Shown piece after piece: positions 1 through 10,109 of a stretch of 64,000 nucleotides of DNA. Numbering within the stretch: the first letter of the stretch is position 1; every line of letters starts with the position of its first letter. The stretch is taken from NCBI GenBank assembly GCA_965242925.1, contig CBDEUM010000014.1:128001-192000 (forward strand), in the 5' to 3' direction. A program made the translations under genes and the position numbers. The notes under the pieces were generated by a model. The model saw only the letters and a program-made list of their open reading frames with translations, ran no database searches and was not told where the DNA came from. The stretch is from Roseibacillus sp. (GTDB lineage: Bacteria > Verrucomicrobiota > Verrucomicrobiia > Verrucomicrobiales > Akkermansiaceae).

Positions 1-704
1 GTACACCCGGCCGCCTCCCGATCGCACACGGTTGCATAGAACCCGCAGATACTCCGGGTCGCACCCTCCTTCTTCTGGTTGTTTTCCTCGAAGATAAGAT
101 GGGAGAACCCCCCGGAGAAACACTGGACCATCACCGTCATGACCTTCACTCCCTCCGGCAGGCCGGCAAGAAAGCCCGCCAGCCGGGAAGCCTCCAATGA
201 CTTGCGATCCCACATCCAGATCTTCGTGTTATACTTGTTGCCCTTGCTTCCGCTGCGCCCCCCATGAGCCGTCACGTAGAGAACCAGCCGATCACCCGCC
301 GCCAGCTTGGGTCCTTCCTCCTGGAACCATTTCTCAAGGGCCGCCGGACTGGAAATGTCCCGCACGCCCTTCAGCACATTGTTGCGATAGTGATTCGCGA
401 GGTTCTTCTCTGATCCGAAGAGACCGGCCATCAACAGATTGGCCCGGGGCACTTCCTCCCCCTCGCGTCGAAACTGGAGATCGGGGCGGGGCGAAGTTCC
501 ATCCGCAAAGTAGAGGTCGTGGGAGGTGCCATCCGGCAGCTTCTCGGCACGCAACTTCTCGAAGAAGAGCACGTTGCGCTCCAGCGAAACCTGATTGCCA
601 GCCGGGGAATACCCGCCCCCGATGGTGAGAACGTGATCGCGGGCGTAAAGAGTGCCCCCCAAAAGAAGGAGGAGGGTGGGAAGATGAAGGAGGTGTAACC
701 GCAT
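1..704 (-). CDS. Secreted clan CD (caspase/legumain C13-like) cysteine peptidase, partial (runs off the window start)
   Basis: Not in the ORF track. Manual translation from ATG at 704 is open to the window edge: MRLHLLHLPTLLLLLGGTLYARDHVLTIGGG...LVLYVTAHGG...VMTVMVQCFSGGF. Signal peptide plus the His-Gly and Cys dyad motifs after hydrophobic strands, typical of clan CD. Confidence 0.75.
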   Translation of the reverse strand, partial: MRLHLLHLPTLLLLLGGTLYARDHVLTIGGGYSPAGNQVSLERNVLFFEKLRAEKLPDGTSHDLYFADGTSPRPDLQFRREGEEVPRANLLMAGLFGSEKNLANHYRNNVLKGVRDISSPAALEKWFQEEGPKLAAGDRLVLYVTAHGGRSGSKGNKYNTKIWMWDRKSLEASRLAGFLAGLPEGVKVMTVMVQCFSGGFSHLIFEENNQKKEGATRSICGFYATVCDREAAGC

Positions 705-964
705 AATTAATCTACGTAGCTCGGCGCGAACTTCTTTGCATCTGAATTGGGAGGACCCCGGGAGACTCCCTGGGAAGATTCTGTCCTGCAATCCCACCAC
801 AATCCAAGCACGGGCATTGTCTGGATTGTGGGCAAGTCCCCTCCGGACCGATCCGCAGGCGCGACGATTACGGGCTCCGTCCTCCGCTACAGGGCCGAAA
901 CCGCGGCCCATCTGACATCATCCCGGACGTGTGTATGCGGCTGAACCAAACCATCCCGATACCA

Positions 965-2518
965 TCAACCAGCCGCCGGCTTCGGTTTCTTGTTCTTGTT
1001 GTTCTTCTTGGGTCGCCGAGGTCCGGGGCGTTCCTCCGACGCAGGAAGTTTGTAGTCCGTGCGAAGACGCTCCATCTCCTTTTTCAAGGTCGCCTCAACG
1101 TCGGAATAACTTGAGTTCCCATAGACGCTCTTGAGTTCTTCCGGATCCTTTTTCAGGTCAAAGAGCTCCCACTCGTCCTTGTGATAGAAGTGGATGAGCT
1201 TGTGCTCACCGGTGGTCACGCCGAAGTGCCGCGCCACACTGTGTGCGCCGGGAAACTCGTAATAGTGGTAGTAGAATGACTTGCGCCAGTCATCCGGCGT
1301 TTTTCCCTTCAGAACGGACACGAGACTGCGCCCCTGCATATCCTCTGGAACCTTCACTCCCGCGGCATCAAGGAAAGTTTCCGCGAAGTCGAGATTCGAG
1401 ACGATGTCATTGTTGATGGATCCCGCCTTGGCCACTCCCGGCCACCGCACGAGGAGAGGTGTCTTGAGCGACTCCTCGTACATCCAGCGCTTATCGAACC
1501 AGCCGTGTTCCCCGAGGTACCACCCCTGGTCCGAGGAGTAGATCACAATCGTATTCTTTGCCAGTCCACTTTCTTCCAGGTAATCAAGGATTCGGCCGAT
1601 CCCGTCGTCCACCGACTTTACGCAGCGGAGGTAGTCCTTCACGTAGCGCTGGTATTTCCACTGGATGATCTCCTTCTCGCTCATGTCCGGCTCGGCCTTC
1701 CTGAAGGCCTCATTCCTGGGACCATATGCCGCATTCCACTTCGCTGCCTGTTCAGGATTGAGGCCGCGGGGCGGTCCCAGCTTGAGGTCGTTGGCATTGA
1801 GATGCTTTCGGATTGTCATGGTCTGCTCGGAGGCTGCCGAAGTACGTCCCTTGTAGTCGTCCCAGAGAGTCTCCGGTTCCGGGATGGTCTTGCCGTCAAG
1901 CCAGTTGAGATACTTCGGACCCGGTTGCCAGTTGCGGTGCGGGGCCTTGTGCTGGGTCATGAGCATGAAGGGCTTGCTCTTGTCCCGGGTCTTCTTGAGC
2001 CAATCCAGGGTGAGGTCTACGATGATATCCGTGGTGTAGCCGGTATGCTTGTGCTGGGCTGGTGTCCCGTCCTTCTGCCTGTACTTCATGGGCGGGTTGT
2101 AGTAAGGGCCCTGCCCGATCAGGACTTCATAATGGTCAAACCCGGTAGGAGTCGACCTGAGATGCCATTTCCCCAGCATGGCGGTCGTGTAGCCCGCCTT
2201 CTGAAGAAGCTTGGGGAAGGTCTGCTGCGATCCGTTGAAGGTGTTGCCGTTGCGGATAAAGCCGTTCAGGTGGCTGTACTTACCGGTCAGAATCACCGCA
2301 CGGCTCGGACCACAGATCGAGTTGGTCACGTAGCAACGATTGAAACGCATGCCCTCCTTGGCGATGCGGTCCATGTGGGGCGTGGTAATCCGCGCCGAAT
2401 CGTAGGCACTGAGAGCCTGTTCACAGTGATCATCAGTGAAGATCAGGAGGATGTTCGGACGATCGGCGGCACAGAGCGGCAGGGAGACCACAAGAAGCAA
2501 GGGCAGGAAACCTTTCAT
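965..2518 (-). CDS. Formylglycine-dependent (S1) sulfatase, GlcNAc-6-sulfatase-like
   Basis: Signal peptide from ATG 2518 (MKGFLPLLL). Motifs [17 protein letters not shown] (CxPxR), [27 protein letters not shown]. Confidence 0.92.
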   Translation of the reverse strand: MKGFLPLLLVVSLPLCAADRPNILLIFTDDHCEQALSAYDSARITTPHMDRIAKEGMRFNRCYVTNSICGPSRAVILTGKYSHLNGFIRNGNTFNGSQQTFPKLLQKAGYTTAMLGKWHLRSTPTGFDHYEVLIGQGPYYNPPMKYRQKDGTPAQHKHTGYTTDIIVDLTLDWLKKTRDKSKPFMLMTQHKAPHRNWQPGPKYLNWLDGKTIPEPETLWDDYKGRTSAASEQTMTIRKHLNANDLKLGPPRGLNPEQAAKWNAAYGPRNEAFRKAEPDMSEKEIIQWKYQRYVKDYLRCVKSVDDGIGRILDYLEESGLAKNTIVIYSSDQGWYLGEHGWFDKRWMYEESLKTPLLVRWPGVAKAGSINNDIVSNLDFAETFLDAAGVKVPEDMQGRSLVSVLKGKTPDDWRKSFYYHYYEFPGAHSVARHFGVTTGEHKLIHFYHKDEWELFDLKKDPEELKSVYGNSSYSDVEATLKKEMERLRTDYKLPASEERPGPRRPKKNNKNKKPKPAAG

Positions 2519-2790
2519 GGCGTCCACAACGCCAGTCCCCACTTGAAAAGTCAAAGGTCAAATAGGGGGCACCCCGCCACTCCGATAACGCCCTGCAGAA
2601 CTGTAAGACCGGTGCTGCCGGCTTGGCCCGGGCCAGGACCGCGTGCTTCACCGAACGCGGCAGACAGGTGCAGGTGACGTGCGTCCTGCCATCGCTACTC
2701 CGAATCACGGCGGGATAGAAAGGTTCCCCTTATTACCCTCCAGGGTCTGGTTTTCGTTCTCGGTCACCGGGAAGGAACACAGGCCATTGC

Positions 2791-5700
2791 CTAAAGTCCC
2801 CCCTCCGACTGGAATTTGGCGGGGGAGTTGGGCGGAGTCGTGAGTTCAACTCGCAGCCCCATGCCTTTGCGCAGATCACGCCGGATGGCGAAGGTCAGGG
2901 AGTGCCGTCCCTCGGCAAGGTCAAGAGGAGCATCCAGTTTGTCGATGTTCTGACCGTCCATCCAGAGCTGGAGACCTGTGCTGTCATTAAGCAATAAATC
3001 GACAGGGCCCGCTACTTGTACCTGCACGAAGCCGCGGGCGTAGACCAGCGGCTCCTGACCAAGGTCGGAGTCAGAAAGATGGCCATCAACCATGCTGTAA
3101 ACCCGCATCCATGGGGCCTTGTCAACAGGCAGTTTATTGGCGCTTCCCGGGGAGATCTGCCACCTGCGGATGATGGGGCTCTCGTTGTTGGCATAAGGGC
3201 CGGGCCGCCCCAGCAGGGAAACGAATCGTGCCAGATCGAGAAATTCCTGCCGGGTTTGCAGCTGATCGATCAGGCCGGCAGGCATCAGAGAGGGCATGGG
3301 CTTGATCTTCCTGATTGTGTCCGTTGCTATCCTGATCTCCCGGCCCGCCTGGGCTGAGTCCCGGATCATGATGCTCTTTTCACCCTTGTAGGTAATGGCT
3401 CCCATACGGATGGTACCGTCTGCGAGGGTAATCAACCGGTTCTCGTAATGCTGGGCGATAGTTTTGTTCGGTTCCAGAATGGCTTCTATAATGTAGTCGG
3501 TCTGGGCGGCTGCTCCCGCAGCCACCAGGTTGGGGCCAATATGCGAACCCACAGGACCGATGGCATGGCAACTGAAGCAGGCTAGTTCCCTGCGTCGAAA
3601 TATTTTTTCACCCTCAACGGGATTGCCCGACTTCACTACTGCGGAGGTGAGTGCTTTTTTGTTTTCCTTGATAAGCAGCGCTGTCAGGGACCTGGGAAGG
3701 GGGAGGGCGAAGATTTCAGCGAGGGCCTTGGGCAACTGGCCTGTCCTCCGATGATAATCGGAGAGACTGTTGATTACCCCTGAATGCAGCTTTTCCCTGC
3801 CGAGAGCCCTGACCAGCGCTGTTGCGCCGCCGGAGCGGCGGGTGAAGGCCTGCACGAGGCTGACCGGGTCAGATTGCCCGGGATCCAAAACGAGCAGTTC
3901 GGCTGCAGCCTCGGCGGCATCGTGAATATCAGTCTCTACGAGGCCAAAGACCGCGAGATAACGCTTTGCAGTTTCACCCTCGAAGGCGAGTGTCCTCAGG
4001 GTCTTTGCGATCCCGGGTCCGCGCAGTTGCCCGAGGGAGGTGGCGGCAGCCCGTCGGACGGAGGTGGCGCGGTTGCTGTCGTGAAGGATAGCGGAGAGGT
4101 CGGGATCGGAACCCTTGAGTTGCCAGGCCCCGAGATTGGCCGCAGCGGCGGCAGCCACGGAGTCGTCGGGGTGACGAAGCAGTTTCTTCAGCGGGTTAAT
4201 GCGCTGCCCGAGAGAGAAGGCTCCCCCCCGACCGATTTGTTCGAGGCCCTTGAGCATGATCAGTGAAACCTCGGGATTGGCTTCGGGTGTCTTCTTGGCG
4301 ACCGCATCAACCACCATCCTGGTTTGCTTGACGGTGGGTCGGGAGATCAGACGTTCGATGACACTGCGAGTCTCAGCAACACCGGAAGATTTTTTGCTCA
4401 GGTAGGATTTCAGGCGGGATTCAAACCCGATGCCTGCCTGCTGCTCGGCGAAATCGCGATGGGTTTCCTTGGCGAAGTCCAATCTGCCGGCATCAAGGGC
4501 CGGACGCCAGTAGGGCTCAAGGGCGGTGATCATCTGCGGCAGAGCGATGTCAATGAAGGAGTCGCGCGGATGATCAAGTGCCCCAAGGGCCGCGGTGAAA
4601 GCCTTTGCCTGCGGAACGAATCCGGCGGAGAGAACAGCTTCCATGCGCACACGGGGGAACGGGTCCCTGGCCGCTTTTGCAATCAAAGCCACCGGGTCAC
4701 TCAGCGAATCATGCCAGTAACGCAGAACCCGTGCTCCGGCAGCACGGGCACGCCCGTCTCCTGTCTCAAGAACGCGCTTCAAAATATCTTCACTGGGGCG
4801 CTCTATATTCTGGCATGCCCACATGGCCTCGACCAGGTGATGATCGTGCTCCGCATCCTTTGGATCCAGGCCTTTCACCCACCTTTCCAAGGCTTCAGCC
4901 GCCTTATCGCGGTCACGTTCGCTGAGGATGGAACAGGCCTGGTGACGGGTCCAACCATCAGGGCTCTTCAGATGATTGAGCAGTGCCGTGAGATCAGCAT
5001 TGATGAGGTTCGGTTTCTTCGCCAGGGGGCGGTCCTTTGCCGTGATGCGCCACACCCGCCCGTGTTCATGGTCCCGGCGGGGATCACGGAAGTCGTGCTT
5101 GGCGTGGTTGATAATAGAGTTGTACCAGTCCGCGACATAAAGTGCCCCATCGGGGCCAACCTTGCAGTCCACGGGACGGAAGTTCGGGTGACGCGATGAG
5201 ATGAGAGGTGGCAGGACATTAGCACTGAACCCGGCTCCCTTCTCTATAAACTCGTACCGCACAATGGCCCTGCTTTTGAAACGGCAGGTCAGCAATTGGC
5301 CCTGTATCTCCTCCGGCAGATGACTGCCGGAAGCAATGTCGCCTCCGCACTGCTTCTCGGTAGTGATCAAGTTCGCCAAGCGGACGCGCTGTCCGCTGTT
5401 GCCGGTGGCGGGAGAGAGGTAACTGATACGGGGGTTGTCGACAAAGAATGACTGCCCCCAGCGATCAAAAACATGCCCCCATGGATTGCCGACCCCGATC
5501 CTGGCAAACATGCGCAATTTCTGCGTTCGCGGATTAAACTGGTAGACTCCACCATTGTAGTTACGCACAACCCCGTGGATCGTCTCCACTTGGGAATGGA
5601 GGAAGATGCCCTCCTGAAAATAAAGCCATCCTCCGGGACCTCGCCGCCAGGCGCTGATGGAGTGGTGGCTGTCCTCGATCCCGAAGCCGGTCAACGGCAG

Positions 5701-6186
5701 TTGCTTCACATCAGCGACATCATCCCCGTCCGTGTCCCTGAAGAAGAAGACATCAGGGGTCTGGGCGACGTAGCATCCGCCGTTTGCCAGTGCGATGCCC
5801 GTAGGCATGTAAAGACCGTCAGCGAACACGGTCGATTTGTCGGCTCTGCCGTCATTGTCACTGTCTTCAAGGATAATTATCTTGTCGTTGGCTTTGTCTC
5901 CGGGCTTCAACTGCGGGTAGGCCCAGGAGCAGGCCACCCACAGGCGACCGCGGGCATCCCAGGTCATGTGGATCGGGTTGGACAGCATCGGCTCAGCGGC
6001 GAACAGGTTGACCTCGTAACCGGGCAACAGAGAGAAGTTGGCCTGCTCTACCCCCGGGTCATGGTTGCCCATCAGGCTGGTGTCGGAATTAGCCAGGTTC
6101 TTCTTACTGATGCCATCTGCCTCCTGGCCCGCAGCAGTAGTTGCCGAGAACAAAGCCAGGCTGATAAAGGTTAAGCTGCGTTGCAT
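2791..6186 (-). CDS. PVC-type heme-binding membrane-associated dehydrogenase-like protein (beta-propeller, HEAT repeats, cytochrome c)
   Basis: Signal peptide. N-terminal LFAAEP/WDARGRLWV/DSDNDGRAD and FRPVD/GPDGALYVADWY propeller (TIGR02604-like), HEAT repeats, CFSCH heme motif followed by IGPNL and SLMP. Confidence 0.88.
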   Translation of the reverse strand: MQRSLTFISLALFSATTAAGQEADGISKKNLANSDTSLMGNHDPGVEQANFSLLPGYEVNLFAAEPMLSNPIHMTWDARGRLWVACSWAYPQLKPGDKANDKIIILEDSDNDGRADKSTVFADGLYMPTGIALANGGCYVAQTPDVFFFRDTDGDDVADVKQLPLTGFGIEDSHHSISAWRRGPGGWLYFQEGIFLHSQVETIHGVVRNYNGGVYQFNPRTQKLRMFARIGVGNPWGHVFDRWGQSFFVDNPRISYLSPATGNSGQRVRLANLITTEKQCGGDIASGSHLPEEIQGQLLTCRFKSRAIVRYEFIEKGAGFSANVLPPLISSRHPNFRPVDCKVGPDGALYVADWYNSIINHAKHDFRDPRRDHEHGRVWRITAKDRPLAKKPNLINADLTALLNHLKSPDGWTRHQACSILSERDRDKAAEALERWVKGLDPKDAEHDHHLVEAMWACQNIERPSEDILKRVLETGDGRARAAGARVLRYWHDSLSDPVALIAKAARDPFPRVRMEAVLSAGFVPQAKAFTAALGALDHPRDSFIDIALPQMITALEPYWRPALDAGRLDFAKETHRDFAEQQAGIGFESRLKSYLSKKSSGVAETRSVIERLISRPTVKQTRMVVDAVAKKTPEANPEVSLIMLKGLEQIGRGGAFSLGQRINPLKKLLRHPDDSVAAAAAANLGAWQLKGSDPDLSAILHDSNRATSVRRAAATSLGQLRGPGIAKTLRTLAFEGETAKRYLAVFGLVETDIHDAAEAAAELLVLDPGQSDPVSLVQAFTRRSGGATALVRALGREKLHSGVINSLSDYHRRTGQLPKALAEIFALPLPRSLTALLIKENKKALTSAVVKSGNPVEGEKIFRRRELACFSCHAIGPVGSHIGPNLVAAGAAAQTDYIIEAILEPNKTIAQHYENRLITLADGTIRMGAITYKGEKSIMIRDSAQAGREIRIATDTIRKIKPMPSLMPAGLIDQLQTRQEFLDLARFVSLLGRPGPYANNESPIIRRWQISPGSANKLPVDKAPWMRVYSMVDGHLSDSDLGQEPLVYARGFVQVQVAGPVDLLLNDSTGLQLWMDGQNIDKLDAPLDLAEGRHSLTFAIRRDLRKGMGLRVELTTPPNSPAKFQSEGGL

Positions 6187-6189
6187 GGG

Positions 6190-7416
6190 CTATTCTGGCA
6201 CCAGGATCCATTCACTGGTCCTGGGCTTGATTGTGATGCCGAGTTTTTTTTCCTTCCCGGTTGCCAGTTCATTGAACTCGATGATCTCGGCGGGCAGAGA
6301 ACGTCCGCTGGGTGAGGCCTTGCGTTCACCGACAATGTGCACCTGGTTCAGGGCCTTCCAGCTGTAGGTGAATTGCAGGTTCTTGTCGTTAACCCTTTCA
6401 CGATAGTCTTCAAGTTGCAGGTGAGCGGGCGATGAATCGACGGGGACACCCTCGGCCCATCGTTGGTGGCTTCCCTCGGCGACTGGTTGTCCGTCCACGG
6501 TGAGGAGGTATTGGCCGGGGACGAGGTTGGACACGACCAAGGTGTCGCGGGTGGTGGCGAGGTTGTCGTGGATCTTGCCCTCGGCGGGAGGCGACAAACT
6601 GGGAGGCGAGCCCTCTTCCACGCTGAAGCGTAGGCCCCTGCCCTGCTGCCTGACCCCCGAGATCTTGGCTCCGCGGGCAGTTGCCTTGAGCGACTTGGCG
6701 TCCACGCTGAACCACCAGGTGGGTTGTCCGGGGAGGAGCTTGTCGGCCACCATGCGGCCGGTGGCCCAGTAGCCGTAGGCATTCAAGTGGATGCCCTGCT
6801 CTGTCAACTTGGAGGAGTCCTCGTTACCCATGAGATAGAGCGTGGGGGCATAGAGGTCGACGAAGGGGACGTCCTCGGCGGAGGCGACCTGTTGCATGGC
6901 CCCGACGTAGTCGGCGAGGTCCTTGTTGCGCTGCTTGCGGTTGCGGGAGAGCTCGCCGTGGTCCTCGTGGGCGATGGGAGACACCAGCGCGATGCGCACC
7001 ATGGACTCGCCGTTGTACTTCTTCCCCTTGTGGGCTGCGATAATGCGTTCCAAGTGGCCGCGGAAGTCGCTCAACCCTGCTTTGCCGGCGTAGGACTCGC
7101 CCATGCCGAAGCAAATGACGATGACGTCGGTCTTGTGAGCGAGAAGGGCTGACTCTTCGCTGGGGAAATTGGTGGGGCGCTCGCGGATTGAGAGAGTGTC
7201 CCCTCCCCATCCCAGATTGCGGATGGATACCGGATTCCCCTGAGTGCGCTGCCGCAGGAGGGTCTCCAGGTAGCCGTGGATGCGCAACTGATCGGCATAA
7301 GTATTGCCGATAATGGCGATGTGATCACCCGGTCGTATGGCCGGCTCAGCACCGGCGATGCTGATGCCAATCGGCACCAGTGAAACAAGCAATGCCCATG
7401 CTCCCGGACACCTCAT
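6190..7416 (-). CDS. SGNH/GDSL-fold protein with atypical catalytic motifs
   Basis: Signal peptide, IIGNTYAD (block I), RNLGWGGD, FGMGES, GIHLN. Overlaps the upstream gene by 4 nt (ATGA). Confidence 0.8.
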   Translation of the reverse strand: MRCPGAWALLVSLVPIGISIAGAEPAIRPGDHIAIIGNTYADQLRIHGYLETLLRQRTQGNPVSIRNLGWGGDTLSIRERPTNFPSEESALLAHKTDVIVICFGMGESYAGKAGLSDFRGHLERIIAAHKGKKYNGESMVRIALVSPIAHEDHGELSRNRKQRNKDLADYVGAMQQVASAEDVPFVDLYAPTLYLMGNEDSSKLTEQGIHLNAYGYWATGRMVADKLLPGQPTWWFSVDAKSLKATARGAKISGVRQQGRGLRFSVEEGSPPSLSPPAEGKIHDNLATTRDTLVVSNLVPGQYLLTVDGQPVAEGSHQRWAEGVPVDSSPAHLQLEDYRERVNDKNLQFTYSWKALNQVHIVGERKASPSGRSLPAEIIEFNELATGKEKKLGITIKPRTSEWILVPE

Positions 7417-8291
7417 TTTTTCTTCTTGTCAGCTCGTTGAATGTTCCAGGTCGCGATTTCCTCCTCAGCCCCTGGCAGGGGCTTGTCGACTGCCCAGCAG
7501 ATGCCGTTTACCAGCATTCGGGTGAAGGCCTCCTCGGCGAAATCACCGGGATGGCCCAGAGTGGTGCCGAATACCCTGGCCCCCCATTCGTTCTCCCATG
7601 CCCACGCCACGATGTCCGCCTCATGTTCGTTGACTTGAATCGTGCCGAATGGCCTTTCAACCAGACGACTTCTTCCTGTGCCAGTGCCTGTTGCCAGCGG
7701 CAAACAACCGCCTTCCAGACGAGTCAGGTAAAGAGTGCCCGGTGAGGTCCATCTGGTTTTCATGATATTGCTCATGATCGGGTGGGCCTTGTATTTTGGC
7801 ACTGCCTGGATTTCCGTCGTTCCTCCCTGATGAACAATGTAGGGGGTTCCCAGCGCGCGTCGGCCAAAGCCGTCATTCCACGCGAAACGGGGGTGGTCTT
7901 TCGCGTATTTAAAGGAGTGATTGGCCGTGCGTAGTCCGATGACCGGCTTGCCTGACTTGAGGTAGTCCTCAATTGGCTGCCATTCCGCGTCAGGAAGTTT
8001 CAGGAAACGCATAAAGAAGATCACCACGTCAGCCTTCGCCAGTATATCGATTCCGGGCAGGACATCTTTTGTCTTCTTCTCGGGATCACCTGCCCCCATG
8101 ACAATCGTGGTGGAAAACCCGAGTCGATCCAGCTCCTTTGCCAAAGCGGGCATGGTCAACTCTGGCGAGTAATGCAGGGTACCCACCACGATTACCGCAT
8201 GGGGCTTTTCGGAGGCCCCGAGCGAACCCATGCCGGCAAGAAGGGCCATGCATGCCGGAACGGCAGCGAGAAGTTTGTAGAGGGAAGTCAT
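7413..8291 (-). CDS. ThuA-like (class I glutamine amidotransferase fold) secreted protein
   Basis: Signal peptide, ADVVIFFMRF, GKPVIGLRTANHSF, HPI, RVFGTTLGH..DF, NGICWA. Confidence 0.85.
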   Translation of the reverse strand: MTSLYKLLAAVPACMALLAGMGSLGASEKPHAVIVVGTLHYSPELTMPALAKELDRLGFSTTIVMGAGDPEKKTKDVLPGIDILAKADVVIFFMRFLKLPDAEWQPIEDYLKSGKPVIGLRTANHSFKYAKDHPRFAWNDGFGRRALGTPYIVHQGGTTEIQAVPKYKAHPIMSNIMKTRWTSPGTLYLTRLEGGCLPLATGTGTGRSRLVERPFGTIQVNEHEADIVAWAWENEWGARVFGTTLGHPGDFAEEAFTRMLVNGICWAVDKPLPGAEEEIATWNIQRADKKKK

Positions 8292-8320
8292 TGCGCTTTA
8301 TTTTGCCAGGATCCCATGGT

Positions 8321-9403
8321 CTAGAACTTTGTGGGATCCACGACAACGTGCTTTATGGACCGGCGACGATAGGTGTAGGTGATGTGCACCTTGCCATCGC
8401 TGCCCTGGATCACGGCGGGATAGGAATGTTCCCCCTTCTCACGCTCCACGGTCATGACCACATCCCATTGCTCACCATCCTTTGAAACAGCTACGTTCAA
8501 CATCTCCCGTCCCCGCGGATTCGATCGGCGGGTGGTATGGTTGTAGACCAGTAATTGCCGGCCATCCTTCAGTGTTACCCCGTCCGTTCCTGCATTGGGA
8601 TTGGGAAGGACCGTCGCCTTCATCCTGCTCCACGTCTTCCCCCCGTCTTTGGACCAGCTTTGGGTGATCATGCCCTGCTGGCTCCGGCACAGGATCTGCA
8701 TCCGCCCGTCCCCATAGGTGAGGACACTGGGCTGGATGGCGCCAAACTCCCTGCCATCATTGATGGGGCCGATCACTTCCCAGGTCCTGCCAAGATCCCT
8801 GGTGTGTTCAAAGTGCACCCGCCAGCCATCGTGCTCCGAACTGCTTCCGCACAGAATCGATCCATCCTGCAACTGGATCGGCTTGTTCTTCACCGGGCCC
8901 AACAGGTGCCCGACCTTGGAATCCTTCCCCAGCTTGCGGCGGTTCTCCCACGTCTTGCCGTCATCAGGTGAACTCATCATCACCCCCCACCAGCGACTCG
9001 GGCTGGGCCCCACCTTGTAGAAGAGGAGAAGCGGGCTTTCCCCCGGAGCCCGCACCTTGAAAAGGACCGGATTCCAGCAGGGGTATTCCCTGTCCTGCCC
9101 CTCCGCTCCGCTGGCCACCTTGACCGGTTTCCCCCAGCCCTTTCCCTCGTTACGCGAGATCCAGATCCCGACATCCGTATTCTTCTCGTGCTTGCCACCA
9201 AACCAGGCGGCCACCAGGCCGCTCCCGGTTTCTGCGATGGTGGAGGCATGGCATTGCGGGGTGGGGGTCTCATCCAGCGGGTAGATGAGTTCCGCAGAGA
9301 GGAACGCGCCTGTTCCGGGCACAGCCACCGCCGGAACCTCCTCGGCGTGCATGATGGCGACAGGGAGGGGGGTCAGGAAAATGGCGGCAAGAAGGCGTTT
9401 CAT
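8321..9403 (-). CDS. BNR/Asp-box beta-propeller sialidase-like glycosidase
   Basis: Signal peptide from ATG 9403. HASTIAE, WNPVLF, GPVKNKP; Asp boxes SPDDGKTW, TRDLGRTW, SKDGGKTW, SKDGEQW; SYPAVIQ. Confidence 0.88.
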   Translation of the reverse strand: MKRLLAAIFLTPLPVAIMHAEEVPAVAVPGTGAFLSAELIYPLDETPTPQCHASTIAETGSGLVAAWFGGKHEKNTDVGIWISRNEGKGWGKPVKVASGAEGQDREYPCWNPVLFKVRAPGESPLLLFYKVGPSPSRWWGVMMSSPDDGKTWENRRKLGKDSKVGHLLGPVKNKPIQLQDGSILCGSSSEHDGWRVHFEHTRDLGRTWEVIGPINDGREFGAIQPSVLTYGDGRMQILCRSQQGMITQSWSKDGGKTWSRMKATVLPNPNAGTDGVTLKDGRQLLVYNHTTRRSNPRGREMLNVAVSKDGEQWDVVMTVEREKGEHSYPAVIQGSDGKVHITYTYRRRSIKHVVVDPTKF

Positions 9404-9513
9404 CACTCTCACAACCTTCCAGATCCATCCCGTCTTGTAAACTTCTCAGCGCCTGATCGTCCGCTGCAGCATCTTCGCCACGCCCGGATACCCTCGACCC
9501 CCGGGCCCAACCA

Positions 9514-9547
9514 TAAAAAACTCCCCGGTCGCTCGCGACCGGGGAGT
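9514..9547 (-). terminator. Intrinsic terminator of the YHS-like gene
   Basis: 12-bp stem ACTCCCCGGTCG / CGACCGGGGAGT with a 4-nt loop, followed by a T-run on the minus strand, about 25 nt after the stop at 9573. Confidence 0.85.
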
Positions 9548-9572
9548 CTTAAAATCAGTTCCGTGGGTAAAA

Positions 9573-9947
9573 TCAGGAATCCTTCTTCTCAGGCTTCTCG
9601 GTCTTGGCGATCTTGGCGAGATACTTCTTGGGAGCCTTCTCGACCTTGCCCTTGCAACCCTTGCAGCAGACCGCCACCGAAATGGTGGAGGTGGCGTCTT
9701 CATCGACGTCGCGACCACTGACTGGACACTTGCCCTCTGCAGTCTTCGCTACCTTGGCGAGGAGGGCCAGAGGGTCCTTGTCGAATTTGGCCTGACACTT
9801 CCCGCAACAGAAAGCAACCTTCACCTCCGCAGCAGTACTGCCGTCGACAGCCTTCCCCTTCACCGGACAGTTCTTGTTCACGGGGCCAGCGAAGGCCGAG
9901 GAAAGCGTCAGCATGAGCGCACAAGCAATAAGAGAAATAATTTTCAT
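9573..9947 (-). CDS. Small secreted Cys-rich protein with two YHS/TRASH-like metal-binding repeats
   Basis: Signal peptide, then two repeats CPVxG..V...[FV]CCxxC...P; lysine-rich. Confidence 0.8.
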   Translation of the reverse strand: MKIISLIACALMLTLSSAFAGPVNKNCPVKGKAVDGSTAAEVKVAFCCGKCQAKFDKDPLALLAKVAKTAEGKCPVSGRDVDEDATSTISVAVCCKGCKGKVEKAPKKYLAKIAKTEKPEKKDS

Positions 9948-9961
9948 GAGTTTCTTATAGG

Positions 9962-10016
9962 ATTACGTTCGTAATTTGAACATCAGAAATCCTGCCAAGA
10001 TCTCATTCATTGTCAA
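9962..10016 (-). promoter_or_regulatory. Candidate sigma70 promoter and palindromic operator for the YHS-like gene
   Basis: Perfect TTGACA (10016-10011), 16-nt spacer, weak -10 CAGGAT (9994-9989). Inverted repeat ATTACG-TT-CGTAAT at 9962-9975, in an AT-rich patch. Confidence 0.45.
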
Positions 10017-10109
10017 TATTTCGTGCAGCTATTCGGTTCACTTGCGCATCTCCTACGCTTTCCCGAAGAAAGCAGCCCGAAACACCCGACTTGCCGGGGT
10101 CTTCCCTTC

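Noticed and set aside
797..831. Inverted repeat CCACAATCCA-N15-TGGATTGTGG
   Set aside because: Single occurrence, no U-tract and no MITE or REP evidence; no function can be assigned.
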